This document shows positions 1 to 9,384 of a stretch of DNA of 24,000 bases, in pieces. Origin of the DNA: Candidatus Woesearchaeota archaeon (GTDB lineage: Archaea; Nanobdellota; Nanobdellia; Woesearchaeales; UBA11576). The stretch covers positions 162,908 to 186,907 of the forward strand of contig JABGYH010000001.1 of assembly GCA_018675335.1 (NCBI GenBank), written 5' to 3'. How positions within the stretch are numbered: position 1 is the stretch's first letter; every line of letters begins with the position of its first letter. Both the position numbers and the translations under genes were made by a program. The notes below the pieces were generated by a model. That model was given only the letters and a program-made list of their open reading frames with translations. It had not been told where the DNA came from and searched no databases.

Positions 1-1
1 T

Positions 2-1381
2 GCTCCTTCAATTATTTTTATTGATGAAATAGATGCAATAGCACCAAAAAGAGAAGAAACTAAAGGCGAAGTTGAACGTCGTGTTGTAGCTCAACTTCTT
101 GCATCAATGGATGGACTACAAAGTAGAGGTAAAGTTGTGGTAATTGCAGCAACAAATATTCCAAATGCTATTGATCCTGCACTTCGTAGACCAGGAAGAT
201 TTGATCGCGAAGTTGATATAGGCGTCCCCGACAAAGACGGACGACTAGAAATTTTAAAAATTCATACAAGAAACATGCCTCTTGCAGAAAATGTTCAATT
301 AGAAAAAGTATCAGAAATAACTCACGGTTTTGTTGGTGCTGATTTATCTTCACTCGCAAAAGAATCTGCAATGATTGTTTTAAGAAAAATATTGCCAGAT
401 CTTCAATTAGAAAAAGAATCCGCAATCCCCTCTGAAATGTTAGAAAAATTAAGAATTCATCAAGAAGATTTCTTTGAAGCATTAAAAGTTGTTCATCCAA
501 GTGCGATGAGAGAAGTTTTAATTGAAAGTCCAAATATTAAATGGGACGATATTGGGGGCCTAGATAGCGTTAAACAAGAATTAAAAGAGGCAGTGGAATG
601 GCCTCTAAAAACTCCCGAAGTTTTTACAAGACTCGGAGTTAGACCTCCTCGAGGAATTTTACTTTTTGGACCTCCTGGAACGGGTAAAACCCTTCTTGCA
701 AAAGCAGTAGCTACTGAGTCTCAAGCTAATTTTATTTTAATTAATGGTCCAGAACTTCTTAGTAAATGGGTTGGAGAGTCTGAACGAGGTATTCGAAAGA
801 TTTTTGAAAAAGCTCGTCAAACAAGTCCTTCAATTATTTTCTTTGATGAAATTGATTCTATTGCGCCTAGAAGAAACGCTAGTTCCGATTCTAGAGTGAC
901 TGAAAGAGTTGTAAATCAAATGTTAACTGAAATTGATGGTTTAAAATCAATGCATAATGTAGTAGTTATTGCAGCAACAAATCGACCAGACATAATGGAC
1001 ACTGCACTTCTTCGTCCAGGAAGATTTGACCGAATAATTTTAGCCGATGTTCCAGATAAAACCGCAAGAACTGCAATTTTTAAAGTACATACTGAAAAAA
1101 TGCCTCTTGGAAAGCAAGTTAAGATTGAAAAACTTGCAGACGCAACAGATGGTTATGTGGGCGCAGATATTGAAGCAATATGTAGAGAATCAGCAATTAT
1201 TGCTTTGCGAAAAGACATCAATGCAAAAGAAGTCACTAAAAAAGATTTTGATGAAGCTATGAATAAATTCCCTCCTTCAGTAACTGCAGAAATTAAAGAT
1301 GCATATAAAAAACTTGAAGGTCATTTTAGAGAAGCTCGCGCAAAACAAATGAAAGAAGAATCTCCGACTTATTTTGGTTAA
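2..1381 (+). CDS. cdc48: Cdc48/VAT-type AAA+ ATPase, C-terminal ~460 aa; the 5' end lies upstream of the window
   Basis: The frame of ORF 107..1381 stays open back to nt 2 ([19 protein letters not shown], a D1 Walker B region). The D2 module has Walker [16 protein letters not shown], Walker [13 protein letters not shown] and [20 protein letters not shown]. Confidence 0.9.
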   Translation, partial: APSIIFIDEIDAIAPKREETKGEVERRVVAQLLASMDGLQSRGKVVVIAATNIPNAIDPALRRPGRFDREVDIGVPDKDGRLEILKIHTRNMPLAENVQLEKVSEITHGFVGADLSSLAKESAMIVLRKILPDLQLEKESAIPSEMLEKLRIHQEDFFEALKVVHPSAMREVLIESPNIKWDDIGGLDSVKQELKEAVEWPLKTPEVFTRLGVRPPRGILLFGPPGTGKTLLAKAVATESQANFILINGPELLSKWVGESERGIRKIFEKARQTSPSIIFFDEIDSIAPRRNASSDSRVTERVVNQMLTEIDGLKSMHNVVVIAATNRPDIMDTALLRPGRFDRIILADVPDKTARTAIFKVHTEKMPLGKQVKIEKLADATDGYVGADIEAICRESAIIALRKDINAKEVTKKDFDEAMNKFPPSVTAEIKDAYKKLEGHFREARAKQMKEESPTYFG

Positions 1382-1500
1382 AAATAAGATTAACTAAATA
1401 AACATTAAATTCTTTAATTTTTTATATTTAATTAAATTTTTATTAATTATCAAATTATTTATGCCTATTTTTAAATTATTAGTTTCGACTACCCAAATAT

Positions 1501-1508
1501 TTTTATAA
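1501..1508 (+). promoter_or_regulatory. Candidate archaeal TATA box (ttttataa) upstream of ORF 1541
   Basis: A TATA-like octamer is centred about 36 nt upstream of the ATG. Spacing fits a short-leader archaeal transcript. Such strings are frequent in AT-rich DNA. Confidence 0.3.
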
Positions 1509-1540
1509 GTTATTTACCTCAAATATTTTGTTGAGAAAAT

Positions 1541-2080
1541 ATGACTATAAAACAATTAGACATAGGTCCAAATGGCACAATTGATGATGCGCTCAGAGGA
1601 TATTTTAGAGACTTAGTTCAAGACGCATTTTGTTCTACACAATTCCAACCTAGCGAACATGCCGAATTTTATTTAGTTAATCTTTTAGCGTCAGCAGTAA
1701 ATGCAAAAAATATTGAAGTTGGCGCAGGACTACTAAATGGAGTTTATCGCGACGCACCTTTAGCAATTGCATATTTAGAAGGGATAAATATGGCTCCTCC
1801 AATTAAATTTTGGATGATGAAAAGCATAGGAGATTTTGCTTTGTTTCATGTCGGTTTTTTCCCTCAAAAATTTGACAAAGGAGTAGTAAAAATAGATTAT
1901 TTTGTAACAATGGGATCTAATGCATATCAAAACATTGCGCATACAAGAGGATATGTATTTGATGAACTAGCTCAAAATTTTGATCAATTATGTGAAGCAC
2001 TATGGATTGTTAGTGGCAATGATCGAAATCACAAATATGTATTGCAAGGTTTAAGAGAACCCAACCCAAAAATGCATTAA
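1541..2080 (+). CDS. Hypothetical protein (179 aa), no family recognised
   Basis: Clean ORF with ATG start and TAA stop. It fills the gap between flanking genes and looks slightly more GC-rich than its neighbours. No motif recognised. Confidence 0.65.
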   Translation: MTIKQLDIGPNGTIDDALRGYFRDLVQDAFCSTQFQPSEHAEFYLVNLLASAVNAKNIEVGAGLLNGVYRDAPLAIAYLEGINMAPPIKFWMMKSIGDFALFHVGFFPQKFDKGVVKIDYFVTMGSNAYQNIAHTRGYVFDELAQNFDQLCEALWIVSGNDRNHKYVLQGLREPNPKMH

Positions 2081-2128
2081 TAAAAAAAATCAAAAAACCA
2101 ATAAAAAATCATATCTCTCGCCCAAAAA

Positions 2129-2136
2129 TTTATAAA
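2129..2136 (+). promoter_or_regulatory. Candidate TATA box (tttataaa) upstream of the NIF3 gene
   Basis: Centred about 27 nt upstream of ATG 2159, which fits a leaderless archaeal mRNA. Confidence 0.35.
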
Positions 2137-2158
2137 CCAGCTTTCTCTTTTATTTACT

Positions 2159-2905
2159 ATGGCAGACTTAATTAAAATCACAGAATTCTTAGATAAAACT
2201 CTTAAAACAGATGAATTTGTAGAAGAAAATTCACATAATGGATTACAAGTTCAAAATAATCTTAACACTCCAATTAAAAAAATTGGTTTTGCTGTTGATT
2301 CGGATCTTATCACTTTTAAAAAAGCTAAAAAAGCAGGTTGTGATTTAATTATTGTTCATCATGGAATTTTTTGGAATAAAAAAGAAACTATAACTGGAAC
2401 AATTTATAAAAAAATAAAATTTCTCTTAGATAATAATATTGCATTATATGCATCACACCTTCCACTTGATAAACATATCAAATATGGTAATAATGCAAAT
2501 CTTATGAAATTACTTAACGCAAAAATTACATCTGAATTTAATGTGGGCTACATTGGAGAATTTAAAAAACCCGCAGAATTAAAAAAAATAATTAATTTAC
2601 TTAACACAAAAATTAACACAAAATGTCAAGTTATAAAAGGTAACGATAATAAAATTAAAACGTTAGCAATAATTTCAGGAGGGGCTACTTTTGAATTATT
2701 TAACGCAATAAAAGAAAAAGTTGATTTGTATATTACAGGAGAAATAAGCCACGTCATTTATCATCCCGCAAAAGAAGAAAAAATTAATTATATTTGCGCA
2801 GGACATTATGCAACTGAAACTATTGGAGTCAAATCATTAATGCCTTTATTAAAAAATAAATTTAAAATTAAAACTGAATTTATTGAAAATTCAACTAATT
2901 TATAA
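2159..2905 (+). CDS. NIF3 (DUF34 / GTP cyclohydrolase 1 type 2 homolog) family protein
   Basis: Family-like motifs in the expected order: SHNGLQVQN, IIVHHGIFW, LYASHLPLD, GHYATE. Length is 248 aa. Confidence 0.8.
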   Translation: MADLIKITEFLDKTLKTDEFVEENSHNGLQVQNNLNTPIKKIGFAVDSDLITFKKAKKAGCDLIIVHHGIFWNKKETITGTIYKKIKFLLDNNIALYASHLPLDKHIKYGNNANLMKLLNAKITSEFNVGYIGEFKKPAELKKIINLLNTKINTKCQVIKGNDNKIKTLAIISGGATFELFNAIKEKVDLYITGEISHVIYHPAKEEKINYICAGHYATETIGVKSLMPLLKNKFKIKTEFIENSTNL

Positions 2906-3011
2906 TTAAAAAGAACATAATCAATTTAACTAAACAAGTTTAACTAAATTAATATTTTAAAAAAATCATAAACAAAATAAAACATCAAAAAAAAAACTCA
3001 AGGTTAAAAAA

Positions 3012-4307
3012 ATGGCAAATTATGAACAAGGAGATATCGTAAAAGTTATTTGTAAAGATAGAACTGTTGAAGGTATTCTCATGCCTCGCCCAGACATTCT
3101 TGAAGATAATATCACCGTAATCAAATTAGAAAATGGATACAATATTGGAATTGCAAATTCTAACATAAAAACCATTGAATTAATTACAAAGTATAAACCA
3201 AAACAAATCAAACAAAAAAATATAAAACCAAATCCTAAACTCAATAATGTATCTTTATTATCAACAGGTGGAACCATTTCATCCAAAATTGATTATAGAA
3301 CTGGAGGAGTTAGTGCAGATTATACTGCCGAAGATCTTATTGATATGTGTCCAGAATTATTAGATATTGCAAACTTTAAAGCTCAAAAAGTTATGAGTGT
3401 CATGAGTGAAGATTTAAATTATAAAGATTGGCAAAAAATGGCAACTTTTGCTGCAAAAGAATTAAACAGCGAAGCAGACGGAGTAATTCTAACTCAAGGA
3501 ACAGACACATTGCATTTTTCTACTGCAGCACTTTCATTTATGTTGCCAAAACTTAACAAACCAATAGTATTCACAGCATCCCAAAGAAGTATTGATAGAG
3601 GCTCAAGTGATGCATACATGAATCTTATATGTTCAACAATTGCTGCAAGTAATTTTTCGGGTGCAGAAGTTGTTTCTTGTTTACATGGAACTAGTAGTGA
3701 TGATTATTGCATCCTTAATCGAGGAACTAAAGTAAGAAAAATGCATACTTCACGAAGAGATGCATTTAGACCAATAAATGATATTCCTTTTGCAAAAGTT
3801 TGGCCAAATAAAAAAATCGAAATAACTAATAATACATTTAGATCCAGATCAGATTTTGAAGTCGTGCCAGATACAAAATTTGAACCTAAAGTAGCACTCA
3901 TTCAAGTTTATCCTGGAATGGATAGAGACATTATTGATTTTTACATAGATAAAGGTTACAAAGGACTTGTTCTAAGCGCAACTGCACTAGGCCACATTCC
4001 TACAGTAAACAAAGAATTATCATTAATACCTAAACTTGAACGTGCACGCCAAGAAGGAATTCCAGTAGTTATTGCATCACAAACATTATACGGTCGAACA
4101 CACCCATTTGTTTATACTAATCTTAGAAAATTATCTATGCAATTAAATTGTATTTTTGTAGAAGATATGATTCCTGAAACTGCTTATGTTAAATTAAGTT
4201 GGGTTTTAGGACACACAAAAGAAATAGCAGAAATTAAAAAACAAATGTTAACTAATGTTTCTGGAGAAATTAATCCAATTATAGATGAGAGAAGTTACCT
4301 TAATTAA
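3012..4307 (+). CDS. gatD: Glutamyl-tRNA(Gln) amidotransferase subunit D (asparaginase-like)
   Basis: Asparaginase-type motifs LLSTGGTISSKIDYRTGGV and TQGTDTLHFSTAALSF. The gene sits 13-22 nt upstream of gatE, the archaeal gatDE arrangement. Confidence 0.9.
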   Translation: MANYEQGDIVKVICKDRTVEGILMPRPDILEDNITVIKLENGYNIGIANSNIKTIELITKYKPKQIKQKNIKPNPKLNNVSLLSTGGTISSKIDYRTGGVSADYTAEDLIDMCPELLDIANFKAQKVMSVMSEDLNYKDWQKMATFAAKELNSEADGVILTQGTDTLHFSTAALSFMLPKLNKPIVFTASQRSIDRGSSDAYMNLICSTIAASNFSGAEVVSCLHGTSSDDYCILNRGTKVRKMHTSRRDAFRPINDIPFAKVWPNKKIEITNNTFRSRSDFEVVPDTKFEPKVALIQVYPGMDRDIIDFYIDKGYKGLVLSATALGHIPTVNKELSLIPKLERARQEGIPVVIASQTLYGRTHPFVYTNLRKLSMQLNCIFVEDMIPETAYVKLSWVLGHTKEIAEIKKQMLTNVSGEINPIIDERSYLN

Positions 4308-4328
4308 AAATATTGAGATTTGATAAAA

Positions 4329-6230
4329 ATGAAACCAAAATCAGAAAAAAACGACAATAAAGTTAAAGAAGATAACCTGCCCGATCTAGATTACAAAAAG
4401 TTAGGATTAAAATGTGGCATTGAGATTCATCAAAGATTAAAAACTAATAAACTATTTTGTAATTGTCCTTCAATTCTTAGAGATGATACTCCTGATATCA
4501 TAATCACTAGAAAATTACGAGCAGTTGCAGGTGAAACTGGTGAAATTGATATTGCAGCAAGACACGAACTTGAAAAAGACATTTATTTTATTTATGAAGC
4601 ATATTCTGATACTACTTGCCTGGTCGAACTTGACGAAGAACCACCTCATTTAATGAATAAAAATGCACTCGATATTGTTTTACAAGTGAGTTTAATGCTT
4701 GATGCAAAAATTGTAGATGAAGTTCAAATCATGAGAAAAACTGTTGTTAATGGGTCTAATACTTCAGGATTTCAACGCACAGCTCTTGTTGCAGAACAGG
4801 GAAATTTAAAAACTTCCGAAGGAGATGTTTCAGTTTCAGTTATTTGTTTAGAAGAAGAAGCAGCAAAAGATGTAGAAAAAGGCGTTGATAAAAATGGCAA
4901 ACGATTTGCTAAATATAGACTTGATAGATTAGGGATTCCTTTAATTGAAGTTTGCACAGGACCCGACATCAAAACCCCTGAACAATGTTTAGAAGCCGCA
5001 GCAAAAATTGGCATGATTTTAAGATCAACTGGAAAAGTTGCTCGCGGAATAGGAACCATAAGACAAGATGTTAATGTTTCGATTAAAGGTGGTGAAAGAA
5101 TAGAAGTTAAAGGTGCTCAAGATCTTAAAATGATTCCGACCATGATCAAAAATGAAACACTTAGACAAATTGCACTTTTAGAAATTAAAGATCAACTTAA
5201 AAGTCTTAAAGACGAAACTATTAAAGATACTATTTTCGATCTTTCAAAAATATTCAAAAATTGTGAATCTAAAGTTGTTCAATCTGCTTTAAAAAAAGGA
5301 GTTGTTTTTGGAATTAAACTACCTAAATTTAATGGATTAATTGGTAAAGAAATTTGCCCCACTAGACGATTAGGAACTGAATTTTCAGATTATGCCAAAG
5401 TAAAAGCAGGAGTTGGAGGAATTTTTCATTCAGATGAACTTCCAAAATATGGTATTTCTCCTGAAGAAGTTGAATCTGTTAAAACTGAATTAAACTGTGC
5501 AAAAGATGATGCATTTGTTTTAGTTGCGGATTCAAAAATTAAATCAGAGAAAGCATTAAACGAAGTTCTTAGACGAGCAAAACTTTGTAAAAACGGAGTG
5601 TTAAAAGAAGTTAGAAAAGCAAATCCTGATGGGACTACTTCATTTATGAGACCAATTCCTGGCGCTGCTAGAATGTATCCCGAAACAGATACGCTCCCAA
5701 TTAAAACAGATTCTGAACTTAAAAATATTCAATTACCTGAATTAATTGAAGATAAAGCAGAAAGATTTCAGACAATGTTTGGTTTAAGTAAAGATTTAGC
5801 AGAAGTTCTTGCTAAAAGTGAGTTAAGTTTTGCATTTGATAAATTTGTAGACAAATTTAAAAATATTAAAACTGCATTTATTGCTGAAACTCTTATTTCA
5901 ACTCCTAGAAATATTAAAAGAAAATTAAATATTGAAACTGATCATCTTGATGAACTTATTTTCGAAGAACTTTTCTTTTTACTCAATAAAAATGAGATTT
6001 CAAAAGATTCAATTGAAGATATTTTAATTAAATTTGCTAAAAAAGAAGAAGTAAATTTTAAAGATTACAAACCAATGTCTGATAAAGATATTTCAAATGA
6101 AATAAAAAAAATAATTCAAGAAAATAAAAATGTTGAGTTCAAACAGCTAATTCCCAAAGTTATGGCTCAACTAAAAGGCAAGGCAGAAGGTAAAAAAATC
6201 ATGGAACTTCTTCAAAAAGAATCCAAATAA
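4329..6230 (+). CDS. gatE: Glutamyl-tRNA(Gln) amidotransferase subunit E
   Basis: GatB/E-type motifs LGLKCGIEIHQRL, VNGSNTSGFQRTALVA and GIGTIRQDVNVS. The ORF track starts at TTG 4320; I prefer ATG 4329, but either start is possible. Confidence 0.9.
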   Translation: MKPKSEKNDNKVKEDNLPDLDYKKLGLKCGIEIHQRLKTNKLFCNCPSILRDDTPDIIITRKLRAVAGETGEIDIAARHELEKDIYFIYEAYSDTTCLVELDEEPPHLMNKNALDIVLQVSLMLDAKIVDEVQIMRKTVVNGSNTSGFQRTALVAEQGNLKTSEGDVSVSVICLEEEAAKDVEKGVDKNGKRFAKYRLDRLGIPLIEVCTGPDIKTPEQCLEAAAKIGMILRSTGKVARGIGTIRQDVNVSIKGGERIEVKGAQDLKMIPTMIKNETLRQIALLEIKDQLKSLKDETIKDTIFDLSKIFKNCESKVVQSALKKGVVFGIKLPKFNGLIGKEICPTRRLGTEFSDYAKVKAGVGGIFHSDELPKYGISPEEVESVKTELNCAKDDAFVLVADSKIKSEKALNEVLRRAKLCKNGVLKEVRKANPDGTTSFMRPIPGAARMYPETDTLPIKTDSELKNIQLPELIEDKAERFQTMFGLSKDLAEVLAKSELSFAFDKFVDKFKNIKTAFIAETLISTPRNIKRKLNIETDHLDELIFEELFFLLNKNEISKDSIEDILIKFAKKEEVNFKDYKPMSDKDISNEIKKIIQENKNVEFKQLIPKVMAQLKGKAEGKKIMELLQKESK

Positions 6231-6330
6231 ACACTTTTAACTTACTTTTTAATACAACAAACTCATTTAAAATAGAAAACTATAAAAACCACATTTAATT
6301 AAAATAATAAAACGGGTGTTAATACATAAA

Positions 6331-7596
6331 ATGAGTTTACAAATTCAAATTGTTTCACTAGCAATATTATTATTTTTCTCAGGACTGTTTTCAGGTATTG
6401 AAACAGCATTTTTTTCACTTTCTAATCTTAAACTCAGAAGTTTGTTAAAGAAAAAAAAGAAAGGAGCAGATGTTGCATATAAACTTAAACAAAATCCTAA
6501 ACGTTTAATTATTACAATTCTTATTGGAAATAATGTAGTAAATATTGGTGCGGCATCTTTAGCAACAATTATTGCAATTGATCTTTTTGGTTCAAGTGGC
6601 GCAGGTATTGCAACAGGAGTTATGACTTTTCTTGTTTTAATTTTTGGAGAAATTACTCCTAAATCAATCGCAAATACTTATTGTGAAAAAATTACTTTAT
6701 TAGTTGCAAGACCACTTCAAATTTTTATGTATTCAATTTTTCCATTAATTTTATTGTTTGAAGCAATAACTGAAATTATGTATAGTATTTTTAAAATCAG
6801 CAATAAACAACCAGTTTTAACAGAAGAAGAATTCAAAACTTTAGTTGAAATTGGCGCAGAAGAAAAAGTTCTTAAAATTAAAGAAAAAGAACTTATCGAG
6901 GGAGTTTTAGAATTTAGTGATATTACTGCAAAAGAAGTTATGACTCCTAGAACAAAAACTTATGCATTAGATGGAAATATGTCTCCTGGAAAAGCACTTA
7001 AATTAATTGCTAAAAGTCCTTTTTCTAGAGTTCCAGTTTATGAAGATTCAGTTGATAACATATTAGGAGTAATACACATCAAAGATGTTCTTCGAGAACT
7101 ACATCGTAAAGGTGCTAGTGTTCGAAAAATTAAAAAAATTGTTAAAAAACCTTATTTTGTTCCAGAAACAAAAATAATTAGTGAATTATTTAAAGAATTT
7201 CAAGAGAAAAAAGTCCATATTGCTTTTGTTGTTGATGAATATGGGGGAATTTCAGGAATTGTTACATTAGAAGATTTATTAGAAGAAATTGTGGGAGAAA
7301 TCATTGATGAAACAGATATTAATCCGGATTTAATAATGCGTATTGATCATAATACGATTGTTGCTCACGGAGAAACTGAAATTTATCATATTAATGAGTT
7401 TTTAGGACCTTGCCTTGCAGAAGATACTCCTTCAGTTACAATTAGTGGCTTGATATTAGAAAAACTAAAACAGTTCCCAAAAAAGAATGCTAAAATAAAT
7501 CTTGAAAAAGCAATTTTAAAAATTGAAGAAGTTAGCGATAATCATATTCTTAAAGTTAGAATCACTAAGAAAAAACCCGAATCATTAAAAAAATAA
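6331..7596 (+). CDS. CNNM/CorC/TlyC-family membrane protein (DUF21 TM domain, CBS pair, CorC_HlyC domain)
   Basis: N-terminal multi-TM region contains [12 protein letters not shown]-pair region contains VMTPRTK...FSRVPVY...[10 protein letters not shown]...[26 protein letters not shown]-terminal transporter-associated domain follows. The track start is GTG 6316; ATG 6331 is preferred. Confidence 0.85.
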   Translation: MSLQIQIVSLAILLFFSGLFSGIETAFFSLSNLKLRSLLKKKKKGADVAYKLKQNPKRLIITILIGNNVVNIGAASLATIIAIDLFGSSGAGIATGVMTFLVLIFGEITPKSIANTYCEKITLLVARPLQIFMYSIFPLILLFEAITEIMYSIFKISNKQPVLTEEEFKTLVEIGAEEKVLKIKEKELIEGVLEFSDITAKEVMTPRTKTYALDGNMSPGKALKLIAKSPFSRVPVYEDSVDNILGVIHIKDVLRELHRKGASVRKIKKIVKKPYFVPETKIISELFKEFQEKKVHIAFVVDEYGGISGIVTLEDLLEEIVGEIIDETDINPDLIMRIDHNTIVAHGETEIYHINEFLGPCLAEDTPSVTISGLILEKLKQFPKKNAKINLEKAILKIEEVSDNHILKVRITKKKPESLKK

Positions 7597-7661
7597 ATTT
7601 TCTAAATTGGTTTATCATACCTCAATTTCAAAAGATTAAGTTACTAACTAAAAATAATGAA

Positions 7662-7879
7662 CGAGCCTGGAGGGACTTTCGCCAAACTTTCCGTGTTCAA
7701 ATAAATGGAAAAGATTGTTTCGAACCCTCGGTCTTCTGCTTTCACCAAAAATTGAAATCAAATTAATTTTTAATAATTCTTAGGAGGCAGATGCCCTATT
7801 TACCCGAAATTTAAAAAACTTCACAGCCTACAATTCTCAACGTAAATTTAAGATATTCACCAGGCTAGGCTACAGGCTC
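7662..7879 (-). tRNA. tRNA-Arg(CCU) gene interrupted by three putative introns (D-loop ~60 nt, anticodon loop 37/38 ~40 nt, T-loop ~43 nt)
   Basis: Read on the minus strand. Acceptor stem is GAGCCUG (7879-7873) with CAGGCUC (7669-7663), then discriminator G at 7662. U8 and A9 are present. D-stem is GCCU (7870-7867) with GGGC (7796-7793), and the D-loop starts AGCCUGGU. Anticodon stem is UCUGC (7791-7787) with GCAGA (7739-7735). Anticodon loop is CUCCUAA, anticodon CCU at 7784-7782. Variable loop is AGACC. T-stem is GAGGG (7729-7725) with CCCUC (7674-7670). T-loop is UUCGAA plus one residue. All stems are Watson-Crick or G-U. Exons sum to about 75 nt. Confidence 0.75.
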
Positions 7880-7940
7880 ATCTCGTTCATTCAATTATAC
7901 AATCCAGGTAGTTTAAATTATTTACTGTCTTTCCCAACAC

Positions 7941-7950
7941 ATTTATAAAT
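7941..7950. promoter_or_regulatory. Palindromic TATA-like element (atttataaat) between the divergent tRNA-Arg gene and ORF 7987
   Basis: A 10-bp perfect palindrome about 40 nt upstream of ATG 7987. An SD-like agaggg lies at 7974-7979. It could also serve the minus-strand tRNA, although aataatttaaac (minus strand, about 7909-7920) is better placed for that gene. Confidence 0.3.
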
Positions 7951-7986
7951 AATAATTAATTAATACTTTAAAAAGAGGGCATATAA

Positions 7987-9276
7987 ATGAAAAAGAGGTT
8001 AAAAGAATCTATTTTTGTTAGTATTCTAATTTATGTTGTTTTATTTGTATACCTAACTTCAGTTTCAGAATCATTACCAATTCATGTTCTTGTTGGAACT
8101 TGCCCAATCTTACTTCAAATAGCAACAATAGTTCTTGTTTCAGGAAACCGTCTTGATACTAAACTTGTTTGGTACTCGCCAATCATTTTTTTAGGATTAT
8201 TCTTATTTTTATGGGAAGGAAGCGCAGGAGGATACTTAGCGAAAATTTCAGGTCCTCAAATCAGCATATTAAATTTATTTATGTCATATCTTATAACTTT
8301 AATAATTTATTTTATTGCATTAAAATATTTGCCAAAACCCAAAAACACAAAACATATTCCCTCAACCACCGACCATCCAGAAAAAATTGACAAAGTAGAA
8401 TATGAAAAATTATTAGATAAATATGTTCACCTTTACAAAAATAATGAAAAAAGGATTTGGCAATTAAATAATGAATTAAATTCATTAACTGCAAAAAAAG
8501 ATGGCGACATTCATCAAATTGCACAGTATTATGAACACCAATTAAAAACTCATGCAACTGATGTAACACGTTTAAAACATGAAATGAATGAGAAGAATAA
8601 AATTAGTGAAACAGAATATGAGTCATTATCTGAAAAATATAAGAAAAAACAAAATGATAATCATGCTAGAATTTTAGAATTAACAGAAATGATCAATAAT
8701 GTTCGTCAGAAAAATTGGAAAAGATATATTAATTTACAAGAAAAATATTTGCAAGAAAAACAAATAAATTCTAAAGAGGTTAATAAATTAAATAAACATC
8801 TAAAAACTGTTAGGGAACAACTTGAAATTACTACAACTAATTTTTCCACAAGTCTTAGAAGTATTGAAGATAAATGTAAAGCAATTAATTCAGTAATTGG
8901 CAGAGTTTATTCTGACAGAAAAGGTGGAAGTAAAGAATTAAGAGAATTTTTAGCAATTGAGCGAGATTCATATAATGAGTTTTCAGAAATAACTAAAAGT
9001 TTTTCAGAAGATAATGTTCCAGATTTATTAAAAGTTTTATATGAAATTAGAAGTAAATTAAAAACAATGTATAAAAAAGAAAAACAAGTACTTGATAAAA
9101 TACCACTAAAAACAAAAATTAAAGTTAAGCGAGATAAAAAAGGCGAAGATCCAATCCTTTTAGTTCTAGCAAACAACGATAAAGATCCAATTCTTTATTA
9201 TTATGAAGAAGCAAGTGAGATCACATCTAAACTCATTAAATACCTTCATGAAAACTATTATCAAGGCAAAATATAA
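7987..9276 (+). CDS. Hypothetical membrane protein with a long coiled-coil-like cytoplasmic or extracellular region (429 aa)
   Basis: The N-terminal ~115 aa hold 3-4 hydrophobic helices (FVSILIYVVLFVYL, ILLQIATIVLV, IIFLGLFLFLW, LFMSYLITLIIYFIAL). The rest is K/E/N/Q-rich with a heptad-like character. No family motif recognised. Confidence 0.7.
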   Translation: MKKRLKESIFVSILIYVVLFVYLTSVSESLPIHVLVGTCPILLQIATIVLVSGNRLDTKLVWYSPIIFLGLFLFLWEGSAGGYLAKISGPQISILNLFMSYLITLIIYFIALKYLPKPKNTKHIPSTTDHPEKIDKVEYEKLLDKYVHLYKNNEKRIWQLNNELNSLTAKKDGDIHQIAQYYEHQLKTHATDVTRLKHEMNEKNKISETEYESLSEKYKKKQNDNHARILELTEMINNVRQKNWKRYINLQEKYLQEKQINSKEVNKLNKHLKTVREQLEITTTNFSTSLRSIEDKCKAINSVIGRVYSDRKGGSKELREFLAIERDSYNEFSEITKSFSEDNVPDLLKVLYEIRSKLKTMYKKEKQVLDKIPLKTKIKVKRDKKGEDPILLVLANNDKDPILYYYEEASEITSKLIKYLHENYYQGKI

Positions 9277-9384
9277 AGAATCACACTACAACTATTTAAA
9301 ATAACTAATTAGTTAAATCAAAGACAAGTTTAAAAACATATTCTAACCAAAAACTTTAAAACCCATACTTATTTCTTAATTAAT

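Noticed and set aside
168-533. Antisense or alternative-frame ORFs nested in longer genes: 168..533-, 1047..1262+, 3020..3286-, 3704..3901-, 4772..5059-, 8169..8390+, 8312..8569-, 8907..9176-, 10002..10187-, 10191..10421-, 11750..11938-, 13449..13637+, 18135..18317+, 19425..19670+.
   Set aside because: Each lies entirely inside a longer ORF with clear family motifs or better coding character. Their translations are low-complexity L/F/I/K-rich strings, as expected from reading AT-rich coding DNA in the wrong frame.
1364-1378. Cdc48 C-terminus PTYFG as a proteasome-docking HbYX motif.
   Set aside because: HbYX requires a penultimate Tyr. Here the Tyr is antepenultimate (Y-F-G), so the motif is not strictly present. 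The evidence is too weak to claim either presence or meaningful loss.
7600-7986. The 387-nt gene-free gap, first considered as an SRP RNA, RNase P RNA, C/D-box sRNA or degraded rRNA fragment.
   Set aside because: No C box (RUGAUGA) and D box (CUGA) pair, and no SRP or RNase P conserved motifs that I could recognise. The cloverleaf elements of a tRNA-Arg(CCU) with three insertions account for the structured part (7662-7879).
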